64,000 nucleotides of DNA, taken from Ilumatobacteraceae bacterium. Its GTDB lineage: Bacteria > Actinomycetota > Acidimicrobiia > Acidimicrobiales > Ilumatobacteraceae. A program made the translations under genes and the position numbers. The notes below the pieces were generated by a model. That model worked only from the letters and a program-made list of their open reading frames with translations. It was not told the DNA's origin and made no database searches. The stretch spans positions 5,561 through 69,560 of the forward strand of contig JAJTFJ010000017.1 in the NCBI GenBank assembly GCA_021298435.1, written 5' to 3'. Below are positions 57,647 through 64,000 of the stretch, piece by piece (positions within the stretch are counted from its first letter, which is position 1; the number at the start of each line of letters is the position of its first letter).

Positions 57647-58282
57647 TCAGTCTGCCGAATGCTGAGACTTTTTACGACGGTGATTAATGAACTCGATCAC
57701 CACGGGAAGAACAGAGATGCCAACAACGACGAGAACTGCAATTTCAATGTTGTTCTTGACGATCTCGAACTGACCGAGGAAGTAGCCGAGCAGTGGCAAT
57801 CCGGTTCCCCAGAGAATGCCACCGATGATGTTGTAGCGAACAAAGGTGCGGTAATGCATGTTGCCAACACCTGCAACAACGGGGGCAAACGTACGAACGA
57901 TGGGAATGAAGCGCGCAAGGATGATGGTGCGTGCTCCGTACTTGTCAAAGAAGCTTTGTGCTTTAACAACATGCGCAGGATCGAACAGTCGTGACTTCGG
58001 GCGATTAAACATCGCAGGCCCAGCCTTGTTGCCGATGATGTACCCCACTTGGTCACCAATGATTGCCATCCCTGTGGAAACGAGGATGACGAGCGGAAGA
58101 GAGAGCCTGACGTCAGAGACTTCTGCTGCTGCACTGCTTGAGAAGAACCCAGCGATGAAAAGCAGCGAGTCACCGGGCAAGAAGAATCCGATGAGTAATC
58201 CGGACTCGGCAAAAACAATTGCTCCGAGTAAGAGAATTCCTCCGCTAGCGAGGAGGTCTTCTGGATTGAGCAAAGCGAGCAT
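57647..58282 (-). CDS. dedA: DedA-family membrane protein
   Basis: FAESGLLIGFFLPGDSLLF...ARFIPIVRTFAPVVAGVG is the DedA/SNARE-associated signature. Confidence 0.9.
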   Translation of the reverse strand: MLALLNPEDLLASGGILLLGAIVFAESGLLIGFFLPGDSLLFIAGFFSSSAAAEVSDVRLSLPLVILVSTGMAIIGDQVGYIIGNKAGPAMFNRPKSRLFDPAHVVKAQSFFDKYGARTIILARFIPIVRTFAPVVAGVGNMHYRTFVRYNIIGGILWGTGLPLLGYFLGQFEIVKNNIEIAVLVVVGISVLPVVIEFINHRRKKSQHSAD

Positions 58283-58308
58283 TCGAAGAACGCTAGTGGG
58301 GTAATAGC

Positions 58309-58340
58309 AAAGGGCCCGAGCATTGCTGCTCGGGCCCTTT
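58309..58340 (-). terminator. Putative terminator after hppA
   Basis: Perfect 13-bp stem AAAGGGCCCGAGC / GCTCGGGCCCTTT, 14 nt downstream of the hppA stop. The T-run lies partly within the stem. Confidence 0.55.
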
Positions 58341-58354
58341 GAGAGGTTGATGAA

Positions 58355-60478
58355 TCAGACGAAAGCGCTGGCGAATACCAGAGAAACAATCGTCATGACT
58401 TTGATCAAGATGTTCATCGCTGGACCAGAGGTGTCCTTAAAAGGGTCACCAACGGTGTCGCCCACAACAGCTGCCTTATGCGGGTCAGAACCCTTGCCAC
58501 CGTGTGCTCCAGCTTCGATGTACTTCTTCGCGTTGTCCCAAGCGCCACCGGCGTTTGACATGAAGATGGCGAGAGCAAAACCAGTAACAAGTGCACCAGC
58601 AAGCAAGCCACCGAGTGCATCAACGCTGACGAAACCAACAACAAGAGGAACAACAACGGCCAAGGAGCCGGGGATGATCATCTCGCGCAGTGATGCTTCT
58701 GTAGAGATCGCAACACAACGAGCCGAGTCAGGGATAACGCCTTCTTTGCCTTCGCGAAGACCAGGAATTTCCCGGAACTGACGGCGCACTTCTTCGATCA
58801 TTTTGTTCGCTGCACGACCAACTGCGTCGATGGTGAGAGCAGCAAACAGGAATGGAAGTCCTGCTCCAATGAACAAGCCAACAAACACTTCAACGTCGCC
58901 GACGTTCAGATTGAGTGCAATCTTGTCGGCACCACTTGCATCGAGCACTGCGTACTCAAAGCTCTTGAACAAGGCAAGTGCGGTGAGAGCTGCTGATCCA
59001 ACAGCAAAACCCTTTGCAATTGCTGCCGTGGTATTTCCCAAAGAGTCAAGTGCATCAGTCACTTTGCGAACACTCGGATCAAGGTGGGCCATCTCAGCGA
59101 TACCACCAGCGTTGTCAGAGATAGGACCATAAGCGTCCACTGAAACAACAACTCCGGTTGTTGCCAACATGCCGACTGCAGCCAAAGCAATACCGTAAAT
59201 ACCGCCAGGAACTCCATTGCTCAGATTGCCGAGAGCTTGCTCTCCACCCCAGTAGGCGAGTCCCACACCAACGAGAATCAAAACAACTGATGAAGCAACG
59301 GACACCATGCCGGCTGAAATACCTGCGAGGACTGTTGTGGCTGGACCTGTTTCAGATTGACGAGCAATCTTTTTCACCGTGGGGTACTGATCAGATGTGT
59401 AGTACTCAGCAGTTTTTCCAAGTGCCCATCCAACAAGAAGTCCGCCAATTACGGCTACTGCCATACCCCATGGCTTGTCGCTGTCGCCGAACATCCAATA
59501 GGACAAACCGAGGGTCGCAATGATCGTAATTCCCATGGCCACATTCGTGCCCATGTGGAGAGCCTTGCTCAGAGCATGTGAATCCGTGGATTCGCCACCG
59601 CGCACAAAGAATGAACCGATGATTGATGCCACCATGCCAACAAAAGCAATGGCAAGAGGGAACATCAGAAGTGCAATGGTGCTGTAGCCACCGTTGGCAA
59701 CAAGTTCTGTTGCGCCAGCTTTGTCAGCCGACAGGCCCATCGCGAAGGCCACCAATGAGATGGGCGCAATGATGGAGCCGGCATAGGACTCGAAGAGGTC
59801 TGCACCCATGCCTGCGACGTCACCCACATTGTCGCCCACATTGTCGGCAATCGTTGCGGGGTTGCGTGGGTCATCCTCAGGAATTCCTGCTTCGACCTTG
59901 CCAACAAGGTCTGCACCCACATCGGCTGCCTTGGTGTAGATGCCGCCACCCACACGAGAAAACAGTGCAATTGAAGAAGCACCAAGACCAAAGGCAGTGA
60001 CGATCTCAAATGCGTCATCAACTTCCATCCATGTCACGAAGACGAGGTAGACGCCAACAAGACCGAGAAGTGCAAGACCTGCAACGGTGAATCCCATCAC
60101 CGCTCCACCGCGGAACGCGATGGGGAGTGCTTTCCCAGGGCCCTGCTTGGCTGCTTCAGCAGTGCGAGCGTTGGCCATTGTGGCCACTGTCATGCCCACA
60201 TACCCTGCTCCTGCTGACAACACGGCACCGAGGATGTACGTGACTGCAGCAAGCGGCACGATGACAACAGCCAAAACGATTGCCAGTGCAACAACGAAAA
60301 AGGCCACCCAGGTGTATTCCTTCTTCAAGAATGCACGAGCTCCTTTTTGAATTTCGGTCATCAAAAAGATCATGCGGTCGTCACCAGGGGAGGCGGCCGC
60401 GACGTTTCGATAGAAGAAATATGCAAGAAGGAGAGCTGCGATGGCAGATCCTCCTGCAAGGTACGGAATCATTTCCAT
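58355..60478 (-). CDS. hppA: Membrane-bound proton/sodium-translocating pyrophosphatase (K+-dependent type)
   Basis: GGIYTKAADVGADLVGKVE, DNVGDNVGD, GNTTAAIAKGFAVGSA (Ala at the K+-dependence position) and DTVGDPFKDTSGP. ATG at 60478 follows GGGAG. The longer ORF-track N-terminus is not PPase-like. Confidence 0.94.
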   Translation of the reverse strand: MEMIPYLAGGSAIAALLLAYFFYRNVAAASPGDDRMIFLMTEIQKGARAFLKKEYTWVAFFVVALAIVLAVVIVPLAAVTYILGAVLSAGAGYVGMTVATMANARTAEAAKQGPGKALPIAFRGGAVMGFTVAGLALLGLVGVYLVFVTWMEVDDAFEIVTAFGLGASSIALFSRVGGGIYTKAADVGADLVGKVEAGIPEDDPRNPATIADNVGDNVGDVAGMGADLFESYAGSIIAPISLVAFAMGLSADKAGATELVANGGYSTIALLMFPLAIAFVGMVASIIGSFFVRGGESTDSHALSKALHMGTNVAMGITIIATLGLSYWMFGDSDKPWGMAVAVIGGLLVGWALGKTAEYYTSDQYPTVKKIARQSETGPATTVLAGISAGMVSVASSVVLILVGVGLAYWGGEQALGNLSNGVPGGIYGIALAAVGMLATTGVVVSVDAYGPISDNAGGIAEMAHLDPSVRKVTDALDSLGNTTAAIAKGFAVGSAALTALALFKSFEYAVLDASGADKIALNLNVGDVEVFVGLFIGAGLPFLFAALTIDAVGRAANKMIEEVRRQFREIPGLREGKEGVIPDSARCVAISTEASLREMIIPGSLAVVVPLVVGFVSVDALGGLLAGALVTGFALAIFMSNAGGAWDNAKKYIEAGAHGGKGSDPHKAAVVGDTVGDPFKDTSGPAMNILIKVMTIVSLVFASAFV

Positions 60479-60694
60479 GTGGGTACTCCCAGATATTCGT
60501 TCGGTCATCCCGACCATGCGGTTCACACCCCATGAAACGGAACTAGCCCACAGTAGTGAAGGAGGGCACACGGGTGGCGAATCATCGGTTTTGCCCCTGT
60601 GACGGGTTTGGTTTCCTATGAAGGGGGCATTAGAGGTACCGTTTCACTCGTAATTGCACCGCTGGAAGCCCCAGCCGGCAAGGAGTCCCTGTAC

Positions 60695-61474
60695 ATGGCA
60701 CAAGTAGTAACGAGCCAGCGCGGTCCGGTCACCGGAACCGCCACTCGATCAAAGAAGCGTCGTCCCTTCCTGATTGACCTCTATTCCACCGCGGTGGGCA
60801 AGAAGTACGTCATGGGAGCAACTGGCATCGGAATGATGGGCTTTGTCCTGTTCCACATGATCGGAAACCTCAAGATGTACTTCGGTGCAGCAGATCTTGA
60901 TCATTACGCACACTGGTTGCAGACGTTGTTGTATCCCATCGCGCCGAAGGGCTACGTGTTGTGGATCCTTCGCGGTGGTCTCATCACCATGTTGTTACTG
61001 CACTTGCATGCTGCATACTCGCTCACAATGTTGAATCGCAAGGCTCGCCCTGTGAAGTACCAGAGTGCTCGCGACTACCAAATCGCCAACTTCGCAAGCC
61101 GCACGATGCGCCTGTCGGGTTTGGTCATTCTCGCCTTCCTCATCTGGCACCTTCTTGACCTCACCTTCGGTGTCGTCAACTCAGAGACCGGCAAGATGAT
61201 TGTTCACGAGGGTGATACCGAGTCCGTGAAAGCTGTCTACGACAGCATCATTTACAGCTTCCAGCGCACACCGGTTGCGTTGTTCTATGTCGTGGCAAAC
61301 GTGTTGCTTGGTCTGCACCTTTTCCACGGCGCATGGAGCATCTTCCAGTCATTCGGTTGGAACAACCCCCGCTTCAACAAGTGGCGCCGCGCATTCGCGA
61401 CAGGTTTTGCCGCAGTCGTTGTCATTGGCAACGTGTCATTCCCCATCGCCGTCATGGCCGGCATTGTCGCCTGA
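60695..61474 (+). CDS. sdhC: Succinate dehydrogenase cytochrome b subunit (b558-type, multi-TM)
   Basis: Polytopic, with conserved His-bearing helices (GFVLFHMIGNLKMY, LLHLHAAYSL, FLIWHLLDL, LGLHLFHGAWS). AAGGAG lies 9 nt upstream. Directly precedes sdhA. Confidence 0.85.
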   Translation: MAQVVTSQRGPVTGTATRSKKRRPFLIDLYSTAVGKKYVMGATGIGMMGFVLFHMIGNLKMYFGAADLDHYAHWLQTLLYPIAPKGYVLWILRGGLITMLLLHLHAAYSLTMLNRKARPVKYQSARDYQIANFASRTMRLSGLVILAFLIWHLLDLTFGVVNSETGKMIVHEGDTESVKAVYDSIIYSFQRTPVALFYVVANVLLGLHLFHGAWSIFQSFGWNNPRFNKWRRAFATGFAAVVVIGNVSFPIAVMAGIVA

Positions 61475-61492
61475 TCGTAGAAAGCAATACTC

Positions 61493-62857
61493 ATGAGCCT
61501 CACAGATCAACTGCTTACGCAGAACACAGTTCAACTTGATAGCAAGATTCCCGCCGGCCCAATGGCTGAGAAGTGGACTTCCTACAAAGAGAACATGAAG
61601 TTGGTGAACCCCAACAACAAGCGCAAGTTCAAAGTCATCGTTGTCGGAACCGGACTTGCTGGAGCATCTGCTGCAGCAACAATGGCGGAACTCGGCTATC
61701 AAGTCGATGCATTCACCTTCCACGACTCTGCACGTCGCGCGCACTCGATTGCAGCACAGGGCGGCATCAACGGTGCAAAGAACTACAAGGGTGACGGCGA
61801 CAGCATTCATCGTTTGTTCTACGACACCGTCAAGGGCGGCGACTTCCGCGCACGTGAAGCAAACGTGCATCGTCTTGCAGAGAACAGCGTCGACATCATC
61901 GACCAGATGGTGGCCCAGGGTGTTCCATTCGCCCGTGAATACGGTGGTCTTTTGGACAACCGTTCCTTCGGTGGTGCTCAAGTCAGCCGTACGTTCTACG
62001 CACGTGGCCAAACAGGTCAGCAGCTGTTGCTCGGTGCGTACCAGCAGTTCTCACGTCAAGTCGGTCTCGGCGGCATTCGTTTGTTCAACCGCACAGAGTT
62101 GATCGACATCGTTGTCATTGACGGCCATGCATCAGGCATCGTCGTACGTGACCTCGTCACGGGTGAACTGCAGTCGCACGCAGCACACGCAGTTGTTCTC
62201 GCAACAGGCGGATACGGAAACGCATTCTTCTTGTCGACAAACGCAATGGCCTGCAACGTGACTGCTGCATGGCGTGCACATCGCAAGGGTGCATTGTTTG
62301 CGAACCCTTGCTACACACAGATTCACCCCACATGTATTCCGCAGAGCGATGACAGCCAGTCAAAACTCACGCTCATGTCTGAATCACTTCGTAACGACGG
62401 TCGTGTCTGGGTTCCAACAAACCCCAATGAGACACGCCCTGCGCACGAAGTGCCAGAGAACGAGCGCGACTACTACCTCGAGCGTTTGTACCCATCGTTC
62501 GGCAACCTTGCACCTCGTGACATTTCGTCTCGTGCTGCAAAGCGTCTCGTCGACAAGGGTCAGGGCGTTGGTCCGAAGAAGAACGGCGTGTACCTCGACT
62601 TCGCAGATGCCATCAACCGTCTTGGTCGCGATGTTGTGGAAGAGCGTTACGGAAACCTCTTTGAGATGTACGAGCGCATCGCCGGCGAGAACCCATACGA
62701 ACAGCCCATGCGCATCTACCCAGCAAGCCATTACACGATGGGCGGTCTGTGGGTGGACTACGAACTCATGACAATGCTTCTGCGCTCATGCAAGGTTTGT
62801 CAGACGGATACTTCGTGTTGCCGTACACAATCGGTAACTACTTGGCTCCGATGCTGA
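61493..62857 (+). CDS. sdhA: Succinate dehydrogenase/fumarate reductase flavoprotein subunit, N-terminal fragment (frame-disrupted)
   Basis: [12 protein letters not shown] (FAD), [11 protein letters not shown] (FAD-His), and [15 protein letters not shown]. After that the sequence becomes non-homologous and runs to a stop. Confidence 0.88.
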   Translation: MSLTDQLLTQNTVQLDSKIPAGPMAEKWTSYKENMKLVNPNNKRKFKVIVVGTGLAGASAAATMAELGYQVDAFTFHDSARRAHSIAAQGGINGAKNYKGDGDSIHRLFYDTVKGGDFRAREANVHRLAENSVDIIDQMVAQGVPFAREYGGLLDNRSFGGAQVSRTFYARGQTGQQLLLGAYQQFSRQVGLGGIRLFNRTELIDIVVIDGHASGIVVRDLVTGELQSHAAHAVVLATGGYGNAFFLSTNAMACNVTAAWRAHRKGALFANPCYTQIHPTCIPQSDDSQSKLTLMSESLRNDGRVWVPTNPNETRPAHEVPENERDYYLERLYPSFGNLAPRDISSRAAKRLVDKGQGVGPKKNGVYLDFADAINRLGRDVVEERYGNLFEMYERIAGENPYEQPMRIYPASHYTMGGLWVDYELMTMLLRSCKVCQTDTSCCRTQSVTTWLRC

Positions 62858-63381
62858 ACAAGTCCATCCCTGGTACTGATCACCCAGAGTTCAAGGCCGC
62901 TGAAGAAGCCGCTCGTTTGCGCTTCAACGGCTACTTGTCGACTGGTGGAACAAAGTCTCCTGACCACTTCCACCGTGAACTCGGCAAGATCATTTGGGAT
63001 TACTGCGGCATGGAGCGCACCAAAGAAGGCCTTACCAAGGCTCTCTCTGATCTCCCAGCGTTGTATGAAGAATTCAAGACTGACCTGTGCGTCACGGGTA
63101 ACGGCGAAAGCATGAACCAGACGCTGGAGAAGGCTGGTCGCGTTGATGACTTCTTCCAACTCGGAATGCTCATGTGCCGCGACGCACTTGATCGTGAAGA
63201 AAGCTGTGGCGGACACTTCCGCTCGGAATACCAGACCGAAGAAGGCGAAGCACTTCGTGATGACGAGAACTACTGCCACGTTTCGGCGTATCAGTGGGGT
63301 GGCGATCCGATGAAGCCAAACCTCAACGTTGAAAAACTTGAATTTGAAGAAGTTCACCTCGCAACCAGGAGCTACAAGTGA
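62749..63381 (+). CDS. sdhA: Succinate dehydrogenase flavoprotein subunit, C-terminal fragment in another frame
   Basis: [25 protein letters not shown]...[12 protein letters not shown] is the SdhA C-terminal domain. Homology begins near nt 62776. Confidence 0.88.
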   Translation: MGGLRTHDNASALMQGLSDGYFVLPYTIGNYLAPMLNKSIPGTDHPEFKAAEEAARLRFNGYLSTGGTKSPDHFHRELGKIIWDYCGMERTKEGLTKALSDLPALYEEFKTDLCVTGNGESMNQTLEKAGRVDDFFQLGMLMCRDALDREESCGGHFRSEYQTEEGEALRDDENYCHVSAYQWGGDPMKPNLNVEKLEFEEVHLATRSYK

Positions 63382-64000
63382 GTCACAACCTTAAGAACAT
63401 CACGCTCAAGATCTGGCGCCAAGATGGCCCACAGGCAAAGGGCAACTTCGAGACGCACGTCATCGATGAGATCACCGATGAGGCATCGTTCCTCGAGATG
63501 CTCGACATCTTGAACGACAACTTGGTGCACGCTGGCAAAGAAGCTGTCGTTTTCGACCATGACTGCCGTGAAGGAATTTGCGGAACCTGCTCGCTGATGA
63601 TTGATGGTCAGGCACATGGCCCGCAGCGTGGCACGGCAACGTGTCAGTTGCACATGCGTCAATTCCAGGACAACGCAGTCATCACGATTGAGCCATGGCG
63701 TGCATCTGCATTCCCACTCATCAAGGACCTCATGGTTGATCGTTCAGCGTTTGACCGCGTCATCGAATCCGGCGGGTACATCACTGCCGAAACCGGTGGT
63801 GCACCAGACGCGAACTTGATTCCGATTGCAAAGACCATTGCTGATGCAGCGATGGACTCGGCGGAGTGCATCGGTTGTGGCGCATGTGTTGCTGCATGCC
63901 CCAATGGCGCAGCAAACCTCTTCACCGCGGCGAAGGTTGCTCACCTCAACCGTTTGCCACAGGGCCAAGCAGAACGCTTCAGCCGTGTGGAAAGCATGGT
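63378..64000 (+). CDS. sdhB: Succinate dehydrogenase iron-sulfur subunit, 3' end cut by window edge
   Basis: Hand-translated open frame with a GTG start overlapping the sdhA stop, and AGGAG upstream. CREGICGTCS (2Fe-2S) and CIGCGACVAACP (4Fe-4S). Confidence 0.9.
   Translation, partial: MSHNLKNITLKIWRQDGPQAKGNFETHVIDEITDEASFLEMLDILNDNLVHAGKEAVVFDHDCREGICGTCSLMIDGQAHGPQRGTATCQLHMRQFQDNAVITIEPWRASAFPLIKDLMVDRSAFDRVIESGGYITAETGGAPDANLIPIAKTIADAAMDSAECIGCGACVAACPNGAANLFTAAKVAHLNRLPQGQAERFSRVESM

Noticed and set aside
62749-62857. Programmed ribosomal frameshifting as the explanation for the split sdhA (and for the acyltransferase at 55090)
   Set aside because: Conserved sequence blocks (HGANRLG and SYGxYLxHWP) are missing in every frame, and no slippery heptamer or downstream structure is evident. 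A deletion is the simpler explanation.

Overview
Mostly core-genome window from a moderate-GC bacterium. The gene order looks like Actinomycetota (inference from synteny, not a search). From 5' to 3' it holds: the S10/spc/alpha ribosomal-protein cluster (rplB through rplQ, with secY, adk, infA, rpmJ, rpoA); truA-rplM-rpsI-glmM; an unusually long GlmS-like protein; acpS-nnr-alr-tsaE-tsaB-rimI-tsaD-dus-maf; CIRCE-groES-groEL; a minus-strand rib operon (ribD-ribBA-ribH) behind an FMN riboswitch, with a prokaryotic phospholipase A2 gene downstream; a lower-GC accessory cassette at 33.8-37.2 kb (large beta-propeller/Ig/Thr-rich surface protein, a MotB/TolR-like single-pass protein and a polytopic membrane protein); then guaA, an NlpC/P60 hydrolase, a ferredoxin-P450 pair, pcrA, sucCD, purH, metF, mdh, hppA and sdhCAB. 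No rRNA, tRNA, CRISPR array or transposase was recognised. Three things stand out. The surface cassette is the best candidate for an undescribed system. Several conserved genes carry small lesions: alr, P450, acyltransferase-SGNH, sdhA, the rplM N-terminus, and an amber codon in the surface protein. There are sharply bounded patches of GC3-rich codon usage, including the whole adk gene. All family assignments come from motif recognition by eye; no database search was run.
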